From: Lingula anatina
Taxonomy: Eukaryota; Animalia; Brachiopoda
Assembly: GCA_051362555.1 (NCBI GenBank)
Contig: CM120640.1
Coordinates: 62,722,788 to 62,786,787 of the forward strand
DNA: 64,000 bases
Direction: 5' to 3'
The notes beneath the pieces were generated by a model. That model was not told where the DNA came from and did no database searches. It saw only the letters and a list, made by a program, of their open reading frames with translations. Below are positions 12,016-27,100 of the stretch, piece by piece. The stretch's first letter is position 1. Each line of letters opens with the position of its first letter. Made by a program: the position numbers and the translations under genes.

Positions 12016-12600
12016 GTTGTTTTACAGTACATATCAATCGGTGAACTGAAATGACTCCGTATCTCTAGGCTGAAGTAAGGTTTCTCTAAGCTGCCACAGC
12101 TAGTCTAGCAATTGTTTTAACTGATTAGCATAAAATGGTAGATTTATGCTCGAAGATACATTACGGTGTGCAATTCTTGGATCTAACCCCTTGAATATAT
12201 AACATCTTGTCATCATGTAAGTGTAATCGTTGACGCAAACTGCAAAAATTAACACTTCGTCTAGCACCCACTGCTAGCGATAATTGGCGGACCAAGTATC
12301 CGTTTATGGCAAAATAACACTTAGCTAGTTGCAAGTGTAATATGGTATAATATAGCAAAGAATGAAACAGATAGCTGAAATATATAGTTAAATTGTCCTA
12401 AAGCAATCTTATCTCTTTAAATTATTTGATATATTTTAATACCAACTTTACGACTTTGGCGCTCTTTACAAATGGAGGTAACAAAATCATAGCAACAAAG
12501 CTGGAGCAACAATATGGCGGTTGGAAACACTTAGGTTGCTCTTTATTTCAGTGAAAGTCTTGTTTTAGGTAGGTCTCTGTCCTTGGTAATAGAGTCATGC
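12016..12600. promoter_or_regulatory. Probable bidirectional promoter of FBXL and DLEC1
   Basis: Divergent genes about 1 kb apart with local CpG enrichment; YY1-like AATATGGCGG at 12511-12520; RFX X-box half-sites (GGTAAC, CATAGCAAC) near 12477-12496; candidate donor AG|GTAGGT near 12568. Confidence 0.5.
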
Positions 12601-13030
12601 ATTGTAAATATATCATGTTAATGACGACTGTAAAATATCACACAATTTGCTATGCTATGAGCAAGGCTGTGGCAAAGAAACTTAATGAACAATCTCATTA
12701 ATGGATGAGAGTCAAGACAGTTGCAAGGTGCTTGTGATTTTTGCTCTGAAGTAGGGAAATTTGCCGTCACTTAAGTTTTTGGTCTTATTTTTAGCTCAGT
12801 GGGTGATATTTCACTGTCAAATGAGCTCAAATGCATAACTTAGTGGTCGCTTACTATATCACGTATTTATCAAAATTGAAGTTTACATACAAAATACCAC
12901 CAAACTCCAAACTCATTTGAAAAACTCATCTTATTGTGTTAACAAAAATATGATTGTTAAATAACATTTTGTGTTTTGTATGAAAGCTAAATGCATGAAT
13001 AAAATACAGATAATTACCTTCTTCTTTTAG

Positions 13031-16000
13031 ATGAACACCAACATGATAGTGCCCCAGCCCCAGGGGCAGGTCCAAGGGCAGGAGCCCCCTATGTACCTGC
13101 AGAGACCATCTTCTGCCAGGTCACAAGATGTTACCCACATCCTTGCTAAAACATTCAGGGATTTCTTCACAAGAGAAACTGTCAGACCAGAAACAATTAG
13201 AAATCTGGCAGTTTCCAGAGAAGGTGGAGATGAATATCATGAAAGATATGTTGAGGCATTGCAAAAGGTAAGTATGAACTTTAATTTAATGAAATTGAAA
13301 AAAAATATTAATGGTTTTATTAATTTTAAACTGATTATTGTATTTTTATTGCACTGAAAGCACTTGCAATTTTGAAAGCCCAATCTACTAGTAAATTTAG
13401 AATAATTTTTATTCATGTATCTGTGCAACATGTACAGTTCAGAAGCATGCTGCTGAGAGAGAAAGACGAATGGCAGAAGCTACAATGCTGGAACGGCACA
13501 TTATGCAGGCACAGGCACGAAATAGAAGCTTTGCACATCAGTGATATAAAATGTTCATTCTATCTGTCCCAGGTTCATGCTGAGAGAGAAAGACGAATGG
13601 CAGAAGCTACAATGCTGGAACGGCACATTATGCAGGCACAGGCACGTGCTATGTCTGCAGATGAGCGCGAGATGAATCGATTGGCATCAGGTCATGTTAA
13701 TTACCCAGACCTAGGTCTGCCACCAGCCAGGTCCCACTTTAGGTCCTGTATTGACAGCCAGTTGCTTAGGAAGCATGGATTATTGTGTCCTGAAGATTTT
13801 GCCACAGAGGAACCTCCACCTGTTCCTCCTCCACAGGGTAAGTTCATTTTGTGGATGTCTTCTAAAAAAGGAATATATTTTTGAAATATTATTCAAAGAA
13901 ATATTAATAATCCGAGGAAAAACGTTAATGCAAATTTAACTAATACATTTTTTAGAGAGTTCAGTGATATTTAATTATTTGCAAGAATAGCCTGTTTTTA
14001 CCTAATTTATCATTCGGTTCAAAGTATTTTACTTTATTTTTATGCTTACAGCACCTAAAATCCCTAGCTATGCCAGAGAGACAACCACATCCCTGCTACA
14101 CACAGCTCAAGGGAAAGAGGAAGGTGTCAAAAGGCTTAGCCCAAACATGATGGAGAGCAGAGATAACATCTTATCAGGCTCAGATACCGAAGATGCTGAA
14201 CAAATAAATACACAGAATGTGTCTCAATCAGTAGGTTATATTTGTAATCAATAAGTAGATTATGAGTGAAAAGATGAAGTCACATAAAAGAACTTATTTT
14301 CTTACAGTTGCTACTATTAAATTTTATATTCTACCCACAGCACAACCCAAATTTTATAACCCTTTTCTCTTGTACTCCTTGTTTACAGCAATGAAGTAAA
14401 TGGATTGATTAAGTGTCGTTAGTTTTGGAGATACATATTACTTTTATTCTGTTTAAAATTTTAGATGCTCATTTCTAATATTTATTTAGAATGGCTCTCC
14501 CAGAAATGCTGATTGGAAGGCCCAGCTGGACCCCCTGCAGAGAGAGGTGGACAGAGCTGATCTGGCTCTACTCCAGGCAAGAGCAGACTATCTGAAGAAC
14601 CCTAGGTTTGTTCCCCCATCAGCACCAGGGGGAGGAAGGACACTAATTAAACCAAAGAAAAAGAAACCAAAGTCACAAAGACCATGGCCTAGATCAGAGG
14701 AGCCAAATCTGTAAGTACAGTGGATAAGAAATTGCTAAAAATGGTGGTTTATCATTATAGTTTCTTTCAAAAATATTAATTACTCTTCAGTAAACTATCT
14801 GTTTGCTGAATTCACTGAAACTTCCCAATTCAAATTGGTAAATGTAAGTCTAATAGAAATGACTAGTGTTGTCTCTTTTGAATATTGATTAATAATATAC
14901 ATGTACATTTTTCTTTATGTGTAGCGAACCATCTGTGGTGTTTATTCCTTCACCTTCTGTAGTCACCTTCTCCAATTATCAAGTAGGGCAAGTGTATGAG
15001 GTAAGTGTCAACCTTTTATCATCAATATTTTATTTTTATGCAAAAAGTTGTCATGGTAGCCTTTTGTTACATTTTAGAATCACATTACCAATGTATTGAC
15101 AGCAAGTTTGTTAATATGAGAGTGACAGTAACAGTATTGACAGACAACTACTGGTATGTTAATTATTCTGTTTCTTTTTAGACCACATTGGAACTGAAAA
15201 ATGTCACTACAGCTCTGAGGCAGTGCAGAGTTATTCCACCAAAGTCATCCTATTTCTCTGTTGGACTTGGTGCGTAGAAGAATTTATCATAAATACTGGT
15301 GCTTTTGATTGATTAGAGTTGAAATTGTATGATTAGATTACTGGTTCACTGTATAATAATAACAGTTTGGAATTGATAGATTTCGATTAAATTTATTTGA
15401 AATGATTACATCAGCACAATGGTTTATATGTCGATCTTTTTAAAGAAATGATGAATTTTAATAAGTTTCTTTGTTATTCTAGGTCAATTTCCTGGAGAGA
15501 ATGGTGTGGTAGCACCTGGTATGAGCTGTCACTACAACATCAGGTTTATACCAGACTCTCTGGGAGACTATGATGATGAACTCACAGTGCAGACACAATC
15601 CTCAGTACCTCTTGTGGTGAAGGTGCAAGCCAGGAGACCTCCCCCTGTGTTATCATGTGAGTTAAAATTAACCAAATATGGAGGAGATCTAATATTGGAA
15701 AATAGAGGTGTCACTGTTGAAAGATGAAACATCCTTTCATTTTTCAAATTTTGTAAACTAATAAATAGATTTTCAAATAAAGAGTTTTGCATGTAGATTT
15801 ATCATTTTCATTCTTTTCTTAGTGCCAAGTAACATAGATGTTGATCAGTGTCTTGTTGGAGGCTGTAAGATAATCCAAATGCCACTGCATAACAGTGGAG
15901 GTAGTGGCAGGTTCAGTATCATGAAAAGATCTTCGTGGCCAACAACCAACTTCAAGGTAAATATCTGTATTTTCTTTAGTGTAATGAAAAAAATGGATGT

Positions 16001-19000
16001 CTTAAAATTGATTTTTTGTTGCTTTTAATTAATGAAATTGCTGATATTACCTTCACACAGTTTGACTGTTGTTTATATTATATTATATTATCAGCCACAT
16101 ATTATGATACTGTATGATTTGAAACATTTTCAATATTTTTTTTGCAGATGAAATAACCAGCAGGTCTGAAACTTGTCCAAACTTTTTAGTGACTACTTCA
16201 ATATGTGCTCTGTCCATCTTAATTCCTTTTAATACAGAATGTTTTTTTCTGTTTCTATTTTCAGAATGTCTCTAGCACAGGTAGTGTCCAGGTCCCTCCA
16301 TTTGAAATCCGTCCCTCAGTGTTTGAGTTACACCATGGTGACACCATGCTGTTAGAAGTGATTTTCACTCCTCCTTCAGTCAAGGAATATACCCAGTCAC
16401 TTACTATAGTCTGTGATAATTGCCATGTCCAGCATTTCACTATACGTGGTAAGCATGATGTATCATGCAGCACACAAGTTACTGCAGTACAAATCTTGTA
16501 TTTTACATTGAAAGTTTCTGATATTTTTTATACTAAAATGATTTCGCTTCTCTCTTTACCACATTTAAAACAACAATACATTCTTATCACCATGAGATAT
16601 GTATTAAGAAATAAAATGATGTTCCCTGTCTTGTAGGTGAGGGCCAGACAGCAGGTGTGGATCTTGTATCAGTGGATGGTGGTAAATCTGAACCACTGCC
16701 TGGTGAACTGTGTGATGTGGCTGCTCAGCACCTTGTCAAATTTGAAACACTCAATCCATTCACTTACACACAGAAGAGAGTCATCCTTCAAAATATCACG
16801 TAAGTATACAGAAACAACACAATTGAAATGCTAAGTTATAATTTATAAGACAATTTTTCTGACATGATTGATTGATTGTTTCTTTGGTTGGGTGGGTGGG
16901 GGGGTGGGGGGGTATAAGGGAGAAGGGTAAGTCCAAACATATTATTTTCTCCTCTACACAATCTTTTTCCTTGTCAAATTTGAAAAGGAACACATTAAGA
17001 CATATTAAAAGAATGCTATGGTTAGTCCTCAGGATTTTATTATCTTATTTCTTGTAATTTGTTTTGAACATAGACTCTCATTTAATTGTAAAAGCTATAA
17101 TAGTCATCATAAAAATATTTTCATTGCATATTAAATTGTAGAAATGTAGACTTACCTTTCCACTGGAAGATAGTGAAGCCTCACTTGCGAGCTGTGGACA
17201 TAGAGAACCCAGACACTGTGATTCCTGTGGACAGGGTGATAGACCTAGACTCTGCTTTCAGTATAGAGCCACAGAGTGGAATTCTGCCAGCTGCTAAAGC
17301 TGTCCCTTTTATTCTGACTTTTGCACCTGCTGAGGTAGGGCTTGAGTGGTTTTGCAAATTACACATTGGTCAATTTTTTGTGGATATAACAAACATTTAT
17401 TTGATAAGAAGTATATTTTTCAGCAGTTATTTTCTTTTTATTTGCTTTTTTACTACCTAGTATTGGCATTCAAATGGAAAAATCAAAATTGAAAAAGTTC
17501 AAAATGCCCCAAGGTTAAAACTTGCTGAAAGTATAAGCAAATCATAAGAGATAAATAGTTCTGCATATTGTTAAAATAAACTTCATGTTTACAGGTGGAT
17601 AAGTTCCATAGTGTGTTCCATCTGATACTGCAAGAGATTCCTGAACCTCCTGAGACGGAGAATGGAGAGGAGAAGAAAGAGAATGTCAGAGAGGCATCCA
17701 ACACCTCGGCTAATGAAGGTTTAAAACCCAGTTGCTTGTCATTTGTTCATCATTTTTATGATTTTAATTATAAAAAGCTAAAGGATGGAGTAAACAATGA
17801 ACGAAATATTGCATGATGAAGAATGTTATGTTGTCTATCAAAATCAAATAGATGAATCATGCAGTGTTTTTTTTAAATATTTTATAAATCCTTTTTTAAT
17901 TTTAGAAGGCAAAGTGAGGGATATTACTACATTAGAAATGGAAGTGAAAGGTGAAAGTGAGCCATTCAAAGTGCTGCTGCAGCCATATGCCATCTACATT
18001 TCTGGAAAATTACTGATTGGGACTGGCATTAGGAAACAATTTCAGGTAATACGAGTACAGAGCTCTTTGTCTTTGTTAATTATCTTTTTATATTTTTTAT
18101 TTTTTGCATTTCTAGTATATGGGCTTTCTTGCCACACATTCTTGACCATGTTTATTCAAAATCACTAAGTTTGTCATCAGTTTAACTTCAATACCATTTC
18201 AGTTAGAGAACAACAGCCTATCATCAGTAGTGTTCCGATGGGAGCGATGTAGTGATCCACATATCCTGCAGGTGGAGCCACCAATGGGAGAGTTAGGTAT
18301 GACCTTTCAGATTTTAGCCTACAGTAAAATAAGTTTCTTCATGTCACTGTTTATTTTGTGGTAAGTTTGTAGAGTTGAATCAGGGATGTTATATTTGCAT
18401 TTCAGATATGATTTGTTTTTCATCAAATTGAAAGGCAAAAATTGAAAATCCATTTTATCTGAGAAATGTATTTTTATTTGTTTTCCAGGCCCTGGTTGCA
18501 TAATGGACTGCGAGCTTAGTGTAACTGGCACAGCACCAGGCAAGATTAACCACACTTTGATGTGCCACATTGACAACTTAGACCAGCCTGTCCCTCTGCA
18601 TATTGAGGCAGAAATAAAGGTATTTATAATGTACAATCTTAGTTGAAATTGTTGCCTTCTCTCAATTTCTTAATCCATTTCTTTGTAGTATACAAGTACT
18701 TAAGCACAAATATGACAATGTACTGGTATATCCAGATCTAGTCCAAAATCTATCATCTCCACAACTGATATGATAATTATTGGATATGCACATTTAGGTG
18801 TGGATCTAGTCTTTATTCAAGTCTGACAATTTTGCAGAGTCAATTCAGAATTAAAATAATCCATTTTACTTGTTCGAAGTGTCTTCCAAGAAAATTTTTT
18901 TTCATTTTCTTACACATCCAGAAGATGTTTATGTCCAGAGCATGAAAGTGGCAAAATGTTTGAAACCTTAAGGTGAACTATTCTAGCTTGTGTGAAGAAA

Positions 19001-21139
19001 CTTGTATCCTCTTTAAAGTCACTCATCACATTTTTATATTTGCAGGGTCCTGAAGTTGTATTAGAAAATGCTGATGTAAACTTTGGTCTGGTGAGGATGG
19101 GAATGGAGGCTTCCTGTGAAATATTGCTGAGGAACACATGTCAAGTACCTGCCAAATGGACACTACAGGAGAGTCCAGACTGCTTGCAGGGAAAGGTAGG
19201 TCAAGATGTGCAGGATATTTGCAATGATTCTACATATAGCAGAGAATAAAATCGAGATAGAAGATCCATTCAAAGGAAAAAATGTTGACATGATCATTTC
19301 AAATTATTTCCCCAAAAGGCATCCTGAGTTGGTACATTTTCGGCATGTCTGTGAGACATATTTTATTAACCGTGAAAAAGTATCATGTTTATATTTAAAT
19401 TACACTTTTTTCACTTACAGATGAAACTTGTAGTTGCAATATGAAATCACACTTGTTCATTCTTCAAGTTATATGCAGTTATCTTTGTAAATTGAAAAAC
19501 CAGAAACCAGCACATTAGGCTGAATATATGCTGTTGTTTATATTTCAGGTCTCTGAATTCACATTCAAGCCATGCAGTGGTGAGTTAAAACCACTGGAGA
19601 CCAAGAGTGTACCCGTGACCTTTACACCTAGCAGCTGTAGGTCTGTCAGGACTGTGTTTGAACTCAAGGTGCAGGAGGGCAATGAGTGGTAAGTATAGGT
19701 GTACTGAAATAAAATTAGTAAATCTGACTTCATGCCAATTATTAAGTGGCTTACATGTACATTTTGAATTTTTCTCACTTTAACTGGAAAATAATAATTT
19801 CAACTTAGATAATTATTTACAAGTATATGGGATTTTGTAATTGTAAGTTGTATTGAGAGTTTATTTTGGTTTCCTGGTCTGATATTAGTTTGGCTAATTC
19901 GAGTTTTACTGAGAACACTTTGAACATTATTATTGTGGGATTATTAAACATATTACTTATTGCATGGTTAATGCAGTAAACTTTCCATACATTTTTGTAT
20001 GTAGTATATGCTGCAGCTATGAATATATTAAACAAGGAGATTTTGGATTTTTTATTATACATGGAGTTATAATGGAATAAGTTGCTTGGTTTGACTATTT
20101 AGAGATGAGTTCAAAACATTTTAATAACCACTACAATATTTATAATTGAAACAATAAATTATTCTGATGGAAATTCATTTGTGTAGTCTGTTGATAAAAT
20201 TATAAGACTATAAGGTATAGCTTTAATTCAGTGTAAAAAGTGAAAATTTAATCTGATAAAGTTAATTGCCATTTTTAATTGACCGTGTTGCATTTCAAGA
20301 AGTCCCATTTTTCTTGTTTTTAGTAACATATCAGTCAGAGGAGAAGTTCAGTCACCTCAAGCATGCCTCCTGAACTGCCAGCTAGCCCTAGATGAAGTCT
20401 ACGTTGATATTCCTATAACACCAACAGTCAAGCTACTCAACCAGACACAGCTAGCCACTGTGTTTGAATGGCATGAGGTAAAAGCATAATGTTTTACATC
20501 TTTTGTCTAGAAATACTCATATATAGACAAATACAAGGGATGACTTTTGCCTACCCACAGATAGACAAATACAAATCCTTTTCTAAATGGCAGATTGTGT
20601 GGGAAACTCTCACCAGAAGGAGAAACAAACCTGGTATTAGAATCACTGAAGTATTACAAAATGCTGCTAAACTGCACTACATTCAGTTGCCCCTATTCAT
20701 TTGCTTGATGGCTTTTATGTGGCTTTGGCACTACGTACTTGAAGTAACCGTGTATTCATTGTAGACACAATATTTCGCATACTGATTAGCAGACAACATT
20801 ACAACCAATAAAAAACAAGAATTAAACAGACATCATTCTTTATTAGATTGCTTTTGGTTTATTTCTACTCATCCCTTTTTCTGACAGCTTTCACAAAATT
20901 GTTTTAACTACTGGTGTATTTCATTTTTTGACATATTTAAGTGCATAGTGATTAAAAAGTGTATAACTGATACATTTTAATAAGAATCTTATTAAAAGTT
21001 GCACTGTATATACACGCTGTTCTACAGTTATAAAAACATTACTTTAGAATATTTTAATAAATATTTTTAAGTTATAAATAGATGCACTATATATACACTG
21101 TACACTGTTCTACAGTTATAAACCATATCTGAGATGTTT

Positions 21140-21175
<36 letters not shown>

Positions 21176-24100
21176 GGTTGAGGGAGAGCATGCAGAGCTG
21201 TGCAGTGTTGAGGTGACTCCCAAGTCAGGGGTACTGCAACCAAGGGAAGAGTTAGACATTATAATCAACTTCACTGCTCATAAACAGGTACTGTAAATGA
21301 CAAAGAATTTTTGATATAAATGTAGAAAAAGTTCTATAACAGGATTGGAAATCAGACTAAATGTTTACCTAAAAATTGCTGCAGAGAAAAATTTAGAAGA
21401 CTTGAAAGATCAAAATTCACCTTTGTATTATAAACACAATCCAGCTGATGCTCATTCATTTCAGCCCACTTGTGTAGATGACTATTTGTTATGAAGATAA
21501 TAGTACTTCATGGGTATTTTTTTATCCAGGGTGATATATCAGATCTGAGGATCCCATGTGTTATAGGAGGTATGGAACAAGCTCTAGGTCTTGCTGTCAA
21601 AGCACATGTCAAAGGTCTATGTGTCTCCTATAGAACTGCTGAGGAGCCAGAAGATTTGGGAGATTATAGGTAATGAACAAATAAAACAAAACTCAGCACA
21701 GAGTCTCTGTTTCTGCTTGATGTAAAGCTTGAAGTAGTTGACATAAAATTTCATATGCATGTTCTGTGATTATATTATATTAACTTTGTCTGTCTTATTG
21801 TGAAAGGCATTTGTTTGAAGTAGAACTATATTTGTGTATAGAATATAATTGTATTGAGTTCTGGATATGAATAAGAAAATATATTTTTTAAAAATGAAAC
21901 CAAAGTTTCACTCATGATTTCAACACATTTTAACCAGATGATAACATGATGATAATATTTCCATTTTGTTCAGAGGTACACATGAAATGTAGAAACAAAA
22001 GTTGTTAAGAGCTGTATACAAATTTTAATATGTGAGTGAAAATGCAGAGGTGCTAGCTACTCAAAACCTGTACCCATAATAGTAGCCCATAGCTTGTGTG
22101 CTAAATTATCAGAATATTTTGTTTCTAGCACCTGCACTGATGGTCTCAGCCTAAATTATGGTGATGATGTACAACTTGGGGACACACCGAGGAGATATGT
22201 GTTCATGAAGAACAACTCAGCCATTGCTGCTCCCTACTCTCTCCACATGGATTATTTTGTAGCCAGGCCTCCAACGCCACCTATGGATGGAAAGGATAAA
22301 GGAAAGATGCCAAATAAGAGGTAGAGGAAAAAGTGATTATAAGTTCTGAAACTAAGATTAATTTTAAAAAACAAAAGGGTTTTTTGTGACCTTTCATTGC
22401 AGAAACAGAAAAAACAACATTTTTTCATTCCCGATACATGTATTTATCAAATTTCTTATCAAATACTTTCAAGTACTAGTACTGTACTTATGTGACTTAG
22501 TACAAAGTATTTAACATGTATGTACTTGCATCCCTTCCATAGCGCCTATTAAATTTCCTTATTAACTCAAGTGTAATATTTTTATTTTGCCTTTCACTTG
22601 GAAATTGTCTTTTGTTTTCAGTCAAAGAAGACAGTTGCTTAGCAAAACTGCAAATTTAGCAGATCCAAGCAGCAAGTCTACCACCAAGGCCCAGGCCGGT
22701 TAGTTATCTTTATGTTCAAGCCACCTGCAAGTGTAAAGGCTGGAAATGGCATAATTTGTTTTGTTTTCATTAAATATATGGAATAAATATACATGTATAG
22801 CAGAGTATTTCTTTCTTAGAATATTAGTGATAAAGAATGCTTACCTCTTCATTCATTTCTTTACAAAATATGTTCTCACAATCAAGATGTTATGAATAAG
22901 TCATTTGTGAACACCTAAACATTTCTGTATTTTACTTATTTTCAGAATTCTGCCAAGTCATGCTAAGAGATGGGAAGGGAGCAGCATTCAGCATACAGCC
23001 ATCCTCTGGAGTGCTGGAACCTTTCTCAGAACTCATGATAGAAATAACAGCATTCAATGACATGTGGGGGCACTACCAGGACAAACTGGTCTGTAAAGTG
23101 GACAAACTGGACATAGTACAGATCCCTGTGACCATGACAGTGGTGGGATGTCCACTTATATTCCAGATGGCTTCCACTCAGCCTGGTCAAGATGCTGTGG
23201 TGAGGTTTGGCACCCATGTGTCTGGAGTGCCCCCTATCAACAGACAGTGCAGGATCATGAACAGCAGCCCATATGGTGAGGAAACATGACTCTTTGTGGG
23301 TGGTTGTTGCTAGTACCATATAGCCGTACTTCAATTGCACTAAGGTCTGAATGTTCCTGGTCACTGATGACTTACTGGCTTACATGGCAGATTGTTGGCA
23401 AGTTTGTCATACTGAGTCCTCACCTACTCCTTATTTTTAGATAATATCAAGGGGTCAAATTGGCAAATGTGGTTTATATATAATTATTAATTACATTTAA
23501 GCTTTCAACCGTATTGTGAAAATCTATTTTTGAATCAGTCTTTTTGGTTTGAACTCTTTTTTAAATTAGATGGATTTGTAACTGATAATCTGATAAATTG
23601 AATATATACTTTGGTTTGTGTTCAGAAACGCTCACTTAAAAATGACTGTTCATTCCAGATATCCGTGTTGACTGGCAATTGTTCAACATTGATGAAAATG
23701 ATCGTCAGATTCTGGACTTTGTGGTGACCATAGGGGATGGCTTCCCTCTCAGAGATGAACATGGGAATGAAATCAAGAAAAAGAAAGGTAATAGCAAGTT
23801 TTTTATCCTTTCACATAATGTTGTTATTTCACTGATTAGTAGATTAATCCAATTCTTATAATTGGTATTTTTATGAAATCTGTACATCCATGTGGTCCAG
23901 ATGATTAGTTTTTGTTATATTAATATATAACTTATTTTCAATTTAAATTTTAAGTTGTACATAAATAGTTAATAATTTGTTACATGAATTCTATTATATT
24001 TCATCTATAATTCTATATATTTCAATTTCAACCACAAATTAAAAAAATTCTAGGCCCTCCTGCTGCATTAGTGAAGCGTGTTCCAACAGACATGATCCCT

Positions 24101-27100
24101 GAGACCCCTGACACCTCACCATATCCCAGCAGGGAAGTGTCCTCCACAGACACACAGGCTACTGAGGAGAAGAAGGAAGCAGAGGCAGAAGAGAAGGAAA
24201 AACTTGTTAAAGTCACCATGAGAATGCATGAGGGACGAATGGGAAACAGTCCTTTCTCTATTGTTCCTGCACAGATGGTGAGAACCATTATAATGAAAAT
24301 GACTTTTTTAAAACTTAAGAGTGCTTAACTTTATCTATCATACAGATGACACATATTTTCTTCTAATAGAAAGAATATTTGTGATTAGATTTTGCTTTGG
24401 TCTAGTTCACATTTCTTTAATCGTAAATTTAAAAAGGAGTTTAAAAAGTTTTTGGAAAGTGTTTATATATATAAAAGAACTGAATATTTTTGTAGATTAT
24501 TCCTGCAAAGGGGACATCAGTGATCACTGCCAGATTCACACCCTTTGCCAACACAGATGTGGAAAGTGGCATCAGTCTGGCAGGATATGCTTTGGCTTAC
24601 ATGAGTCTGGATGAGGTGGTAAGAAAAGAAAATGAAGTAAGACACAAAAATGTATTGAATACAAACTGTAAAGTTATAGTTTTCTGGTTATGTTCAAGTT
24701 TGCAGTACCACAAGTTTAACCAGATTATAGCTTGGTGGTGTTCTGGAGAATAAGACATTGAAGTGGTGATAGCATAGATCTGGATATGTACCAGTCGATG
24801 TGGAGTTTTTATCAAGATAGAAAGAAAATGATCAAAATGCATTTCATTTTAGGCATCAAACATACCAGGCAAAGTGAAAAGAGTTGCAGGTTATGAGATG
24901 GTTCCTTTGAGACTGGACTTGTCTTCACATGTCAAACCTGCTCTGTAAGCACACTGATGTCCATAATAATATATTGCAGCCATTACATGTTCATGCATGT
25001 CTTCATAATAGTGAGAAATTATACAAAATTACTACAAAAATGTTTTAAAATTCATAGATCAATGTAAACGTTAAAAGTAATGAAAATCTATAGATAAACT
25101 AAATGGTTTTTTAAAACTGCAATTTGTAAAACGTGATAAAGATGTGTTTACAAATTCCTTTTGATCAGAATCATAAAATATTTCTTTGATTTTGCAGTTT
25201 GACAATAGAATGCACAGAGGATGATGGTATGAGGTACAGGACAGCTGCCAGTGATCTGTTGAAAGATGGAAAGGTAAACTTATTGCCAACGATAAAAAAC
25301 TATACATGTATATCTTAAATTTCTTTTGAATAAGTCATCCTAGTGATTATAAGACAGTTGTGTTAAATAGTTAAATGATCTGCAGTGTGATGGCAGACAT
25401 ATTATTTACTGCAAATTGACTCAAGTAATTTTGATAATTTAGATATATTTAAATACTAATTAAATCTAGTGTCAGTATAACCTCTTCTCTGTGTGTATTA
25501 AATATATCGTGATAGACAAAAATTGATCTTTTTCCCAATTTTTAGGTTGGCAAGGAAAGTCTCCGTGTTTGCAGTTGCAACTTGTCTAACTATACTGGTA
25601 CTCCCCTTACCTTCAAACTACTGACCAGAAGACCATTCACCTTGGTGGACATTGACCCTGCTGCAGGTGGTCACCTTGGTAGTGGACAGGTGCAGGAGTC
25701 TGAGATGTGTACCCTCAGACCACAACATAATTTGTTGGTCAATATCTATTTTTTTCATACATATTTTTTCGAAGTCAGTGATAGTTATTTTCAAAAACAG
25801 TTTTTAAATCAGATGCTTCAAAATTAAAGGGAGTTGCTAATCAGATAATAAGTTACTGCCTAAAAATGCCAAATATACAGCAAGTTGAAGTTATTACTGA
25901 ATTCAACATAAAGTTAATTTAAAATAACTTCAAAATAATGCTGTAGATAAATACAAGTGTATAAAATAATAACTTATCTTAGTACTCTAAAGTTAATCTG
26001 TATATCCAGTGGTAAGATGTTGAATAAATTTAATTAAAGGTGAAAGTTGGTTTCCGTGTGAGCCTGGACCTAATTAACTATGCAGATATATTGGAGCCAG
26101 ACCAGGAGAAGGATGGGATCACTCTGATTGTCCATGAAGGAGAGAGAAAATTACACTTCAGATATGACATGGTGGCAGAGTTTAATAATGGCACCACTCA
26201 GGTTAATAAAAATTTAGTGATATAAAGATTATCTTCAGAAAATTAATTAGTGTATTTGATTCTATTATTTCTTTCATCACAATTAAAATTTCAAATTTGA
26301 TCATTTGTGTAAGTACATCATGAATAGATTTTGTAATGGGTTTACAAATATATATGACTGGTTTATCAAGGTTTTGGTGTTTCTTGAAAAAAATCATTCT
26401 TCTTTTAGAAACTACCTTTGTATGCGACTCTAACCGTACCATCCCTGATGTTGTCAAAGGAGAGCGTTGACTTTGGTACTTGTCTTGTTGGTCAGCAGAG
26501 AGAGTTGGAATTGATCCTCAGTAACAAGACAGGCTCTGCTAGCTTCTGGACTGCCATCATAGGTGAGACTAACCCCCCTCCCTCACCCCAGGCAATAAAT
26601 AAGAGAGTAAAGAGAGTAATGATGTCAACTCCATGGTAGTAGTTTGGTCCTACAAATTATACATGTTATGCAGTTTCTGCTGTTTTATAAATATGTGATA
26701 AGGTATTGATGTATGACATTGAAGGTGATGACTCCCCTGTCAAAGTATGTACTGACAGTTATATTCACATCTTTACTTTTCAATTCCTTCATAATTATGT
26801 TAAGTCTAAGACAAAAATTAAAACTGGTACTACATTTTTTTCAGAGAGCAAATCAGACACTTGCACAGCTGACACATTCCGTATTACTCCAGCCAGTGGT
26901 GTGTTAGATGCCCATATAACACATATATCTAACAGTAAAGTCCTTCTTAAGCTGCATTTTATTGCAAAGTAAGTACTGGTACAGGTTGGTTCTGAATTTT
27001 CATGAGCCATTATTTCTACACTTGTTTTGTATGGAGGCTTTTGATTGGACTGAATAACTTCAAGCAACAAAAATCTACTGTGTATATGGGGAAGTATTTA

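Noticed and set aside
23360-23420. Possible intronic C/D snoRNA (TGATGA...CTGA)
   Set aside because: The box C is imperfect, the span is short (about 50 nt), and there is no convincing terminal stem or recognisable guide.
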